A stretch of DNA of 64,000 bases, from the NCBI GenBank assembly GCA_965644265.1, contig OZ286476.1:20026001-20090000 (forward strand), written 5' to 3'. This document shows, in pieces, positions 40,101 through 53,770 of this stretch; position 1 is the stretch's first letter, and the number at the start of each line of letters is the position of its first letter. The notes under the pieces were generated by a model. That model was not told the DNA's origin. It searched no databases and saw only the letters and a program-made list of their open reading frames with translations. This DNA is from Glycera tridactyla. Lineage: Eukaryota. The position numbers and the translations under genes were made by a program.

Positions 40101-43100
40101 ATGCCTGCAAGGGACAGATCATCCAGCTCTCACAGACCCGGAATTTCATCCCACAAGAAGGAATCAGGAATTCTTTCATACCATACCCATATATGGTCAC
40201 CCTCATATTTCCCATATATAGGATAAGTAACACACAGCAAAATACTGGGAAAATGGCAAAATCCTATGGGTTGATGGATGCCATTGTATTCTACTCAATC
40301 AATCAATCAATCAATCAATCATCCATCTTTCGTATACCCATTAGCAGATGTAATCTCTCTGAAAAATTGGTCACATTGGGAGTAGATGACATGGCTGGAT
40401 GGAAATATTCTACAATTATCCTACAATATTAACAGAGGTTGATTTATTTTATGAGACTCAGTCCTCAGTGAAGGATTTTTCATGATGTGATCAAGTAAGT
40501 TGAAGTAAGATATCTATGCGTTGTAGAATCCCGATTCTTGTTGTTGTCCATGCATGTTTCCCTCGTACGTATTGAAGTGTTACTGGCACCTACCTCATGC
40601 AATGATATGTGTGAAAGCAATTTTATTTCAATTCATTCTTCAAACTAGTAATTTTAGCATGTTGACTTGCTTATAATCAAGAAATTTCTTTGGAGTGTGA
40701 AATTCGACTGAACATGACCATCCAAATCTGCATGTGTGTCGTTATGTGTAGATAAACTGGCATGTATAGTACGTCCAAATGTTTATCTGTTTCTTGATTC
40801 AGTATTGTAGGTTAGACTCCCTTTGCTTGGTGTACCTTACCTTTTAATTGAATTATTTCTTGTGATACAAATAATCCTGAATTTGTCACATCAAATCTCT
40901 ATTTAGCAGATCTATTGAGAATCAAATAATGTTCTAATACTGGACAGATCCTGTCTGCACTTCTATTAGTCCAAGCTATGATTTGGTCCATCTCGTATTT
41001 ATAACATTGCACATGTTCTTTTCTACTTGAGAAAATGGATGATAGACCTCTTTCCCACCAGGGGTGTTGCAGTCATTTAGAATCATAATGATATGACTTC
41101 ATGATCTAATTTACCCCTGCAATTTCCAAGGCCATTAAGATACCTTTCAGTTTAGAAACAATTCTCTCATGAACTACACCATCTATGAACTCCAAATTTG
41201 TCTGACACCTAGAGGGATAAAAATTCCCAGGAGCATTTTCCAGATGTGCAAAATATTTCTTGTCTATCTTCACATCTGCACTTGCACTGATTTATTTACT
41301 ATATTCATTGTTTATTCTTACAAACATTTTATATGGCCGTATTCTCAATACTTTTTTGGACAGATCACCGTGAATCAAATCAAATCAAAAGTTAGGAGCT
41401 ATCAATTCGCATCTAAGCTCTCCTTGAATGAATATTAACAGTTTTCGCTAAGATACTCTAGAAATAAATCCATGTCTATTTCATGGATGAGGTTAATGAT
41501 TGTTGTTTTATCTCATTTCAGAGCTGTTTGCGGAAACCACAACTGAGGTGATTGGTCACCAACAAGAGGAAGCAGCTGTCAAGATTCAGGCGGCGTTCCG
41601 CGGAATGCAGGCTCGTGAGAAAGTGAAGGTCATGAAGGCCGAACATGAGCAGGTCAGAGACTCGGGCCACAAGGTCACAAAAACAACACCCGCACCGTTT
41701 GAGTTGTTATACCAGCATGTTTCACCCGTTTACGATTCCTCAATGCATGATGGGGAATTCAGCGAGGATGGAGTCGAGGTGGATGACTTACCGTCACCAC
41801 CACCACTTCCTCCTGACGATTTCACTCTGCCCTGCATGACTGACGTTGATTTCCCACCACCACCTCCCAGTCTTGACCAAGTTCTCCAGGAGGTCATCTC
41901 GCCATCTAGTGAGGAATCGCTGACATCATTCAATGAACATAACCAGCAGAGCAGGACAGATCCTAAGTCTTTAGGTTTACCTGATAAATGCAGCACAAAT
42001 CAGCTACAGAAAGAGAGGGAGAATGTGATGTTACCTGAACAGACTCTTGGAATCAGTAGTGAGTCGGATGAGGGTGGTGTATACATGGACATGTCAGGCA
42101 CCTATATGATGCCAGTGAGAATGGAGCACAGGACTGAGATTCACCGAGTAGCCTTGATACCAACCACTCCTGATTCAGAGGTACGATAGTCAACATTAAA
42201 ACGGCATCCAAACTATAAATATATTAAAAAGCACGTACAACCATGAATATCCAAACTCTGTGCCTTGTGCTGAAAGGCACAAAACAGATGAAAAAAGCAC
42301 ATACAGCAATTTATAATGTGCCCAAAAGCGACATACAACTGATTGTACACGGATAAGATGACAGTTTTTGGCTCATAATATGTTTTAAGGCCCATACAGT
42401 TCCCTGAATTGGGAAATTTCTGCATCAAAACGATAGCTCATTTATGAGAGGGAAACAAGCTCAGGAATATGAGACATTTGGACATGCCTCACAGCATCTC
42501 ATAGAAAATTTGATTGGATTTTGCTCTCAGATCACCTAATCAACTGTCCCAGATGTTTACGACTATATTAGGAAACCTGCGACAACACTCACCCTACATG
42601 ACCACCTACACTTGGAGACCTCATCTGCAGGGCAGGTTCTTTTTCTGAGATAGTGAAATTTACCCCCAAGATGACATTTAGGGAGGTCTCTTGTTGCAAG
42701 TTGCAAGTTTTCAATTTTCCTAACGAGATAGTCTGAGACCATGTCTTTTTGACAAAACGTGGCTGTTATATTGGAATTCGATCTAGGTGAATGATTCAAG
42801 TTCTTCACATGGATTTTCACTTTTCAATCCTGTATTGTGTGATTTCCTCACATTTGCTCTTTGCTTTTGCATGAATACATTTATACAGTCGAACCTCCTC
42901 TAAAGACCACCCTGAACTGCGACCATGGTACCATTTTCTACAGTAAATGACCTCTCTATAAAGACCACCTCCCCATAAAGGCCACTTTTTGGTGCGACCG
43001 AAGGCAGTCTTCATAGGGAGGTTCGACTGTATGTTTGTTTTTCCTTTTGACTCATTCATGGCTGTGATAAGTGATCAACATGAACTGTGGAAATCATTTG

Positions 43101-46100
43101 AACCCAGAACCATTCTGGAAACAAATTTACCATGTTCAGACTAGCTTCAACATGGCATTTTTGATGTCCTCTGCAAATTTCAGGCACAAAAGTTGCCCTA
43201 AAGATGGATTAGAAATAGAGATTCAAATTTCGGAATGAGTAATAGAGCTGAATTTTGGTATTTGTCACTTTTTATCAGTTACTTCAGCTATGCTAAGAGT
43301 GGTTGAGAAATTGCAGCATTTGAATGAGTCCTGCATGCAATTGGTTTGTGGTTTGTTTATTTCAGTTTGTGCATGTTGGTGATGATGACGAAAAGGTGGT
43401 GCTTCCGGAAGCCATTGTGGATTCTGGGAGTCAGACTGATCCCTCTGACGATGAACACCATTACGAGAACTCCCCTCCAGCCTTTCATGATAGACTCACA
43501 ACCTTAATGAACCGTCCAAAACTTATCTCTGGATTTTCCATTGAATCTGATGTATCAGCTGTCTCGACAAATACATACGAATCGTTTGCATCTGGGCCTG
43601 TCAAAGATTCAGAAGAAAGTGCATCTGCAATTGATCTCAGCGATGAACGAATACAAGACTTTGATGACTTTGCCATTGAAACTTCTGGCGATGTATACGA
43701 AGATATACCGTCTGATATTATAGATTCTCATATTGTGCAAAACGAAACCCCGCCTGAAATTCCACCCAGATCTGTCAACAGTGTGTCTATAACTGATGAA
43801 GAAAAACTCAAAAATAAAGAAATATTGGAAGAAAGAGAAGCAGAGGCAGACTCTGATAGTGACAGTGATATTAGTAGTCTCTATGAGCATATCAATGCAG
43901 CACGACAGCAAATGCAACGCCAGGAGTCTTTCCAACCACTCATCAAAATATCTAGCCCAGCTGACGACACACCCTCTGATACCTCAAAAGAATCTTCGCA
44001 AGAGGATTTTTTGGAGACGCATGAGGAAGAAGATGCAGCCAGTTCATATGGTTCTGTAGTTACCGTAGTGGAAAAGACAGTTGTTGACCTCAACAAAGAA
44101 TCTGATTATGTTAATGTTGATTTTGTGAACAATGTAAAAAAGCCTCCATCAGAAACAAACAGTCATGAATCTTCAGAGGATGATTACCTGGAGCCTATTA
44201 GCTCTGATAGTTCTCAAAATTTGGATGAAAGTGAGCTGTACGAGCCGGTGAATTTATCGGATGTAGATCTGTGGCATATTGCTGATCTGCTAGTCTCAGA
44301 AGCTATGAGATCAGCTTTGGAAGAGTATCGCAACGCAATGCCACACTTACTGAAGGATTCATTGAATGTTGATATAAAATTACACTATGATGACGAAGAG
44401 GGGGACTATGTGGAAATAGTAGATAAGCCTGATGATGGGTTCTGTAAGAATGAAGCAGATCCCGACTATATCGATATAATAACTCAAGATGAATTTGTCT
44501 CAACGATGCATAGGGATAGGAATGATCCGGATTATATTGAAATAATCAGTAAGGACGAGTTTCCTTCAAAACATTTATCACAATTGCTATCTTGTGGTGA
44601 TGAAACGAAGTTGGATGAGCCTTTGAAAGATGACAGTCAGACACTGGATATCATAACTCCTGTCCAATCGCAGAAAATCTTCCTCACCCAAAGAGGAGTA
44701 ACTGAGATGCATGCTGGGAAGAATATTGCAGCATGGGAGGTGGCTGAAAAGATTGTTAACATCGCTACGGAGAATGCATTGTATGAATTTTCATCCCACC
44801 GGGTAAGATCCTGCATGTTCTGACATTCCTGCTTGCATTTTTCTGCCTTTGTCTTGACACAAAATCCATCCCTCACTATTTTCTGTCCTCAAATCTTGAC
44901 ACACTCCTGCTTTGACATAGATGTGAAATTGTGTTTAATCCCTATTTACACATGTATACTTGGAAGAGAATTGTATTCACATGCACATGCACCCAATATT
45001 TTGCTCACAAATACACACGCACAAGAAAAAAATAGTTATGTACAGATATTTTGAGGATGGGTGAGTTGCAGTTAGCAATCTAGTAAATTTGGTTGCTGAT
45101 TAGGGAGAATCAATATTTACACATGAATGAAAAACCACATGCTGTTCTCAAAATAATGGTCATTTCCAGTATCATGATACTCTCTCAATCTGCCAGTATT
45201 TCATGAATTGTCATGTGCATTGAAATAATACACAGTACTTTGTTTTACACAGTAATTGTTTTAATGTCTTCTCAGCCCAAGCTGGATCATTTAAAACAGA
45301 GAAAATGAGTCAATTCTCAAATATTGTTTGAACAATATTCAGATGAGCAAGCCAAGCCCCATTCATCGGTGTCACATGGAAAACAGGATTTTATGGTGTG
45401 ATCAGACTCAGTGATTTGTATTGGGTGTATCACAAATTCTCTCTTCGATGCTTAACCGAGAGGTGTGTCTGAACTGTTAGCAACTTCCACTTGACAACCT
45501 TTGTGGCTGTCTTATCTCATGCATGCTATGACTCCAGCCAACCACGCAACCTGAATCAGTTGATTCTTGTTACAGGGCATTTCATATTTGCATTTTGGTA
45601 ATGAACTATTTATCAGGGTTAACTTTTATATTAACATTTGAGGACTGATGTTTTCAGGTGCCGGGTGAAGCGCCGTTCTTCGTCACAGTTCCTGCTCCAA
45701 TCAGTGTAATTGCTGGTGACACCGCTGTCATTGAGGCGACAATTGGTGGATCGCCGCGTCCAAACGTCACCTGGTTACATCACAACATGGAACTGCCGAT
45801 TAGCGAGCGCTACTTGTAAGTACAACTTTCAATCTCATCCTGTATTACATTATCAAAATATCCCAAAATATTCAAGCAATATGGTCCTCATCCCTTAACT
45901 GACACCTATGTGTATATTCATTCTCATGTGGAATGTATCAATTTTACTTTTGTCTCCTTTATTCTTGTAAATGATCCCCCAACTACCAATATAATGCGAT
46001 ATTCAAGTGTTTGTATTTCCATCTTTACCTGGAATGTATCGATTTTACTTTTATGTCTGTTATAATAGTAAATGATTATCAAGCTAAATGTAATATCATA

Positions 46101-47958
46101 TTTTAAGTGTTTGACCCACACTCTTGACCTATTCAAGTATTTTATCACCTTCCCCACCTCTTGGTCCTTGTTGGGAGATCCAGCTAGATATTATGTGAAA
46201 TATTTGAGTGTTTTACCCACACTCTTGACCTTTTCAAATATTTCACCACCTTCCCCACCTCCTGGTCCTTGTTGGAAGACCCAGTCCTATGAGTTTGAAG
46301 CCTTACCTTCTTTAAACGTCAGTGTCAAATGAATCTGTCAAGTACATGTATATAAAATTAAGTAAAATCAGTATGTAATTGATAAATAGCTGCTTTGAGT
46401 TGATATATATTGATTTCAAATATACTGTAGAGATGTCCTGATGATCAGATAAGATAATGCAAATTGTATGATGACTTGTAGGTTTAGCCTGGGCCCCGAA
46501 CCCAGCTTCCAAGTCCTCAGGTAATGGGGATATCAAAGTGTGGATGTGTTCTTCACAATGCATATATCACAAATGCTTAGCTCAGAATGAATATCTTATG
46601 TTCTGTAGTCATAATATTGTAGGAGCTTATTTGCTTATACTGCCACATAGTCAGTATGAGCTAGTTGTTGTTGAATAGCAAAGCTTGACATTGTTTCTGT
46701 AGATATGCATCATTTATTTGATGGCTAATTGTTTGCACAATATATCAAATTTTATGATTTTTGATATTTTTATCGGTGACTTAATGGTCATCAGAAATTT
46801 CATCAGCTAAATTTCCCAAAATGATCAAATGAGGAAATCATGAGATTTTTCTGTATTCACTCAATTGAAATATTGGTTGACCATATATCTAATCAGTCAT
46901 TCAATATTTTCAGTCACTTGTAATCTACTATGGATTGAAGCAATGTAAAATACCACTTAGTTATTCAATTCATCGATCACTTCTTGATGTTATTCACAAA
47001 AGCAGTGATCCTATATATTCTCCAACGACAACCGCCAAAATCGGGTGGAGATCGGGGGTTGGAGATTGTGCCGATCTCCAACGCTGTGCGACGAGCCTAG
47101 TTTTCTGCATCGCCCCTGGGTGGCGCTTTATGTATTCGCCCGACCTACGATTTTTCGAATGTGAAGACGTTTCACACAATTATACCATTTCTGTCAGGAA
47201 TATGGAGGATATAGATGAACGAATTTGATGAGAAATCAGTAGATATAATTTCCTTTCGTTATAACTCATGCCTCGGTCATTTCCTCGAATGAAAAAAGAT
47301 TGAAATGTCACACATATATAATGATCTGTGAGTGTTCATGACCCTAAAATAGAAACCATTTGGACGCTGGCTGAAGCTTTGAAATCGAACAAATTCTTCA
47401 TAGAATACACACGTCAAACTCAATCTTTATTTTGATAATAGTTACACAAAGCCAGCTCCCGCCATTTTGTTCAATAATACTGTTATCGATGTCTGGGCTA
47501 TTTATTTCCATTATACAAGTCGTTGGAGAAAAACAAGAACCAATGAACGTGGGCGATCGTCACATCTCCAACTTGGCAGCCGCCAGCAGCGTCCGTCACT
47601 CGGCCTGCGGCCTCGTGACGGACGCCGCTGGCGGCTGCCTCGTTGGAGATTGTGCCGATCGCCCACGCTCATTGGTTCTTGTTATAATCATTCAATTTAT
47701 CTTGACTGCTGAATTAGCACAAATTTTGCTGTACATACAGATTTTGCACAAATTTTTCTTTCTGTTTATCAATTGTATGCTAGCCTTGGAAGTATGTACA
47801 GATATTGAAATTTTGCATCCCAATCTGTACACTGATAATGATATACATGTATTTCTAAAAATCAAAAAGATTATATGTTGCATGTCACCATATCGAGCTT
47901 GATCACATCAGGCACATTTTTACCTCGTCTCAACGAAGTTGAGGGGAGGTATTGCGGT

Positions 47959-48012
<54 letters not shown>

Positions 48013-51000
48013 CTCATCTGCGTTAAGGTCAGCGTTAAGGTCATGTTGAAGTCCCTTTGCTCAGCAACTAGAGGGCCTAGCTCCATATAATTGGGCACAC
48101 ATATACTTCAGTACATTTGCTATTGAATCCAGCCATCATCAAGGTGCCATCTCATTGTTCTGCTTGATTAATTTTGGGTTGAAACTTGTGTTTTCTGAAG
48201 TGATGGGACTCTGTCATTGGGGGCAATGTTGAAGTCATGTTAAAGTCACATTGCTCAGCAACTAGAGTGCCCAGCTCCATGGAATTTGGCATGCATATAC
48301 TTCAGTACATCTACTAATGAATCCAGCCATCATCAAGGTAGCATCCCAGTGTTCTGCTTGATTAATTCTGGGATGAAAATTGGGTTTTTTGAAGTGATGG
48401 GACTTGGCCATCTATGAGCTATTTCTGATGATCAGATTTATTCATGTTCAGTTTGCAGTTGATTCTCCACATGTGTCTTCATCCCCTGTGATTGTATATT
48501 GCCCATGAAAGACTGATATGTGCGAGATGGTGATTTTGGGGCAAAAAATCACTTTTTTGAAATGAATGAACTTAGTCATTTCTGGTGAGTTTTTCAGTAC
48601 CCGGCCACCCCAAACCTGATACAGAGGGATCTCATAGCATTCCTTAATGAATGAAAGTCATGGATGGGGTCTCCCAAGAGGCCTGGTTCGTTTTGGGGTG
48701 AAAATTGGTTTTTCAGAAATGGATTTTTCTAAAGATGTTGGCCGTCCGTAGCCACACCAAACTTGGCATAGATGCAGTTCATAGCATTCCCTAATGAATG
48801 CTAGCCACAGATTGGGTCTCCCAACAGGCCTGGTTGGTTTTGGGGTGAAAATTGGTTTTTCAGAAATGGACTTTTCTAAAGAAGGTGGCTGTCCATAGAC
48901 AGTCCAAATTTGGCATGGATGCAGTTCATAGCATTCCTTGATGAATGCTAGCCATAGATGGAGTCTCCTAACAGGCCTGGTTGGTTTTGGGGGGAAAATT
49001 GGTTTTTCAGAAATGGATTTTTCTAAATAAGGTCACTGGCCATAGCCACACCATACTTGGTACAGATGTACTTGATAGCATTCCCTAATGAATGCTAGCC
49101 ATAGATAGGGTCTGCCATTAGGCCTGGTTGGTTTTGGGGTGAAAATTGGTTTTTCAGAAATGGACTTTTCTAAAGAAGGTGGCTGTCTGTAGCCTCAGCA
49201 AACTTAGCATGGATGTAGTTCATAGCATTCCCTAATAAATGCTAGCCATAGATGGGGTCTCCTAACAGGCCTGGTTGGTTTTGGGGTGAAAATTGGTTTT
49301 TCAGAAATGGATTTCTCTAAAGAAGGTCGCTGGCCGTAGCCACACCATACTTGGTACAGATGTACTTGATAGCATTCCCTAATGAATGCTAGCCATAGAT
49401 GGGGTCTCCCATTAGGCCTGGTTGGTTTTGGGGTGAAAATTGGTTTTTCAGAAACGGATTTTTCTAAAGAAGGTGGCTGTCCATAGCCTTGCCATACTTG
49501 GTACAGATGTATGTAATAGCATTCCCTGATGAACTCAAGCCATAGATGGGGTCTCCCATTAGGCCTGATTGGTTTTGGGGTGAAAATTGGTTTTTCAGAA
49601 ATGGATTTTTCTGAAGAAGGTCACCGGCCATAGCCACACCACACTTGGTACAGATGTACTAGATAGCATTCCCTAATGAATGCTAGTCATAGATGGGGTC
49701 TCCCATTAGGCCTGGTGGGTTTTGGGGTGAAAATTGGTTTTTCAGAATCGGATTTTTCTAAAGAAGGTGGCTGTCCATAGCCTTGCCATACTTGGTACAG
49801 ATGTATGTAATAGCATTCCCTGATGAATTCAAGCCATAGATGGGGTCTCCCATTAGGCCTGATTGGTTTTGGGGTGAAAATTGCTTTTTCAGAAATGGAT
49901 TTCTCTAAAGAAAGTGGCTGTCCATAGCCACACCATACTTGGTACAGATGTACCTAATAGCATTTCCTAATGAATGCTAGCCATAGATGGGGTCTCCCAA
50001 CAGGACTGGTTGCTTTTGGGGGGAAAATTGGGGGGATTTTCAGAAATAGATTTTTCCTAAAAATTGTCGCTGCCCCTAGCCACACACTAAACTTGACACA
50101 GATGCCTTTCATAGCATTCCTTCACAAATGCCTGCGATGGATGTGGACCGATGACAACCTTGCTTGTTTTTGGGGACAAAAATGTAAATGTGAACCAGAC
50201 GTGGCTTCTGATGTGCATCAGCTGATGGATCCAACTTTGGTTTGAAAATTGTTTTTTTATTTTAAATTGATTTCCACAGCATGAGTTGGGTCATCTATGT
50301 GTTACATATATTCGAGGCGTTCGAGTTGGCTTCGTTGAGACGAGGTCCGCCTTCAGTGAAGGCTATGTTTATAATTTACCACTACTAATGTTGTACTTTT
50401 ACCTACTTACTTCGTGTGCTGTTGGATTGTCATGTATTGTGAATTGTAATTGACCAATATTGAGACAGGTATTGTGCATGCTGGAGTAAAATTGGCTACT
50501 AAGAAAGAATAACTTGTTCATTAGATAGTAAATACTAGTAAATAGCTAGTCATTGGCTAGTGTGTCATGCAGCATTCATCAAAGTCATTTCGGGAATTCA
50601 TCATTTCAGATCGCTCATTCAGAATTCACAGAGCTGCATCATTCTCGCTGAACTTGAAATCTCTCAGTATCTTCTTTCATTCATCAGTCATTGGTTATTT
50701 TGATACTGATCATTTGAACATCCATGTATAATGATGGTGCCCGATGACTTCCTTTTGTCTTATGCAATAGGCCCCAAATATTGCAGGCTATTTGGCTTTG
50801 CTGATTATTTTGTGCTTTGCTCAATATGAAAACATTGCTATCTGGCTTGAATGTCAGCTTTCGCTGAGTTACATAGTTAGAAATGCAGTGATGCAAGTTT
50901 TCAGTAAATTTCCTGATTTTAGGAAATTTGTCAAGAAATTCAAAATCGAAGAGTTTCTAGAGTCAGCCTGGAACTTAAAAATATGATGCTTTTGGAAGTA

Positions 51001-53739
51001 TAGGGGGTTAGTTTCAGGAAATTTGGTCAGGTTTCAGGAAATTTTGTCTTAATGCACTTGCATCACTGAAAATGCCGTTGATGGGTCCATCAAGGTCAAT
51101 TTGAGGCATGTAGGGATTTACCAGAATAGTCAGCTACTTTAAGTTGACGTCCTCTCTGGTTCCCCATCATCTTGTGTTCAGGGATTGTGTGAGTGATGCT
51201 TGCAAGGAACTGAGCATGTAAGTCCCATAGATCAAGAATGCACAGTATACATTATAATTTGGGTTGATTCATGCCAGCTAACACAATCTCAATCGACCAA
51301 CCAACATCCGGTAATGGCAGAGCTGTACTGTGTTATGCGATGTTACATGTTTTGCATGTCTTGTTCAAACGATTTGTGTCTGTGACTCAATAATGATATG
51401 ATTTTTGTGTGTATTGTCAACATTTTCCATCGTGCATATCATCCAACATTTTCAGAAACTCCCCAAATGTCAACTCTTATTTGTGTTAATAATATACAGT
51501 ATAATGAGCACAATTATCATGAAAATATAGGACATCATTCCATGATTAATATTCATGGAGGAGCATTCAAAGGGGAAATGAGACAATTACCAGACAGAAA
51601 TCCATCTTGGCCCCATTTTTTCCAGTTATAGGCTCGAGATCCCGCCATATTTTTGGCTACATCTACATCGTTGCAGCTTTCATTGACTGGTGCAGTATTC
51701 TGTGAAATTATTAAGGATCAGGAATGTCTGCTCAACATTGTCAACATTATTGTTGGGAAATCTTGCTTGATGTCTCCTATTCAAAGGAAACAAATAAGGG
51801 ATATCCTATGATCATTTTGCAGTAATGATTGGGGAAAAATGCTTTCTCCACGGCATATGTAAATCCATTGCTTTTTCCATGACATCTGTCAATCGACTTT
51901 TTATCAAGATTCTTCATGTAGGTGTGGCTTTGCACAAATATGCGCAGTTCAGATACAGTACAATTTTGTACTAAGCATGACTTTTATTATGCAATTACAT
52001 TGTACTTGTTCGAGGCGACATCTCTTCATATTTCCCATCCAAGTATTTATCACTATGCTCGACCTGCAGTAAGCAAGAACTTGTTCTAAGTGCAGATATG
52101 CCATCATTAGATTCACTCTAATCATGAAGAGTAGGTAGAGGTGTGTCTGAACTGTCAGCTACTTTTATTTGACACCTTTGAGGTCCCCATCATCTTGTGA
52201 TCAGGGTTTGTGAGAATTATGTCTGCAAGGGACAGAACATCTAGCTTTCATTGACCAGGAACACATGGCATACATAATCCTGTGGGTTGATACAGGCCGT
52301 TAAACCTCAAACAAGCAAACAAACAAGCCTATTGATTTCTTTGTATCCGTGCTTGGAAGAATTACATCCGTGTTTGCTTTCACTGTACTTAGATGTTCGA
52401 CACTCACTTACCTGTTTTGTTTTGTTTTTTGTTCTGCAGCTCAACTTACACAGAAGAGATGACAGTTTCACTCACAGTTCACAATGTCACCCTCGAGGAT
52501 CAAGGCGACTACACAATCCGACTCTTGAATGACTTCGGAATGTCGGAGTATACTGTCACTCTGACGATCGACGTTGAGGCGCCAGCATTCATCATGCCAC
52601 TGCATGACGTCGAGATCACACTCAGCCAGACCGTAACTCTGGAGTGCACATTCGCTGGACGTCCCAAGCCTGAAATCAAGTGGACAATCTTTGGTATGGA
52701 AATTATCCAGTCGGAGAAATACATCATTGAAATCGAGGAATACACGACGCGATTACATATTACGAGTGTCACGCTGGATGACACGGAAATGACGTATACT
52801 TGTATCGCTCGCAACCCCGGTGGCCAAGCGGAGACAAGTGCTCATCTCATCCGTCCACAAGGTTTGTTAACGAGTTGCCGTTCTGAGTTGGGTACGCAAT
52901 GGCCCGTTACCCCATGCATGTTATGCATTTAGTGGACCCATCCCATTGATCAAAAAGAGCTTGCATGTTTAGGACTGTTACACCCATTCTTGCAACTTAT
53001 TTCCCATGCAGTTTGACTACTTGTGCATATTTGTGTAATTCTACCAAGACTTAGTTGTGCTTGTGTGACCCTCTGGCTTCCATATTTTCTGGATGTCAGA
53101 TACTGCATGAAGCAGCTCTTTTAACATGAAGATGCTTGCCTAAACTGAAATATGTCAAAATTTATGAGCTGTTGTAAATACTGCCTGCTTTCTGTTGGAT
53201 ATATGCAGATTTCAACAAATTAACAAGTATAATTTGCCCACTGTTCCATTCGATTTCATACAAAAAATCACGTTAGATTCATGAAAAACAAATTTTGATT
53301 GTACAGCTACTCAATATATGGTATTACCTCTGCTGTAAGTCCATCTCCTATATTTGAGATGAACAATGGCGTATCCTCACTTTCGGGTTATGTTAGTAAG
53401 AAATTATCATTTTACTACCTTATCCCATAAGGAAATGAAATCAAATAAGAAACTATGTTACCCTACAATTATGTCAGTCAAGAGGATGTGGAGCATTCCT
53501 ATATTCTATGCCTTTCAACCAAAGAATTCATGATCATGCAAAACATTTCCATCATGGGAATATTGATGAAACCTCATGAGTTATGCTCAGCATTAGATCA
53601 GACCTCATATTGAATCGAATCTTGCGAAGGAATGTATTTTCCAACTGGGTGTTGTACACATTGTAAATCCCTGACCTGTACGCTTACATGTTTCTCATAC
53701 AGGGTTGCATCCAGAGGGACACTAGGGCCATGATGCCAC

Positions 53740-53770
<31 letters not shown>

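Noticed and set aside
48600-50250. CRISPR-like regular repeats
   Set aside because: Whole 147-bp units repeat with no unique spacers; eukaryotic intron; no cas genes.
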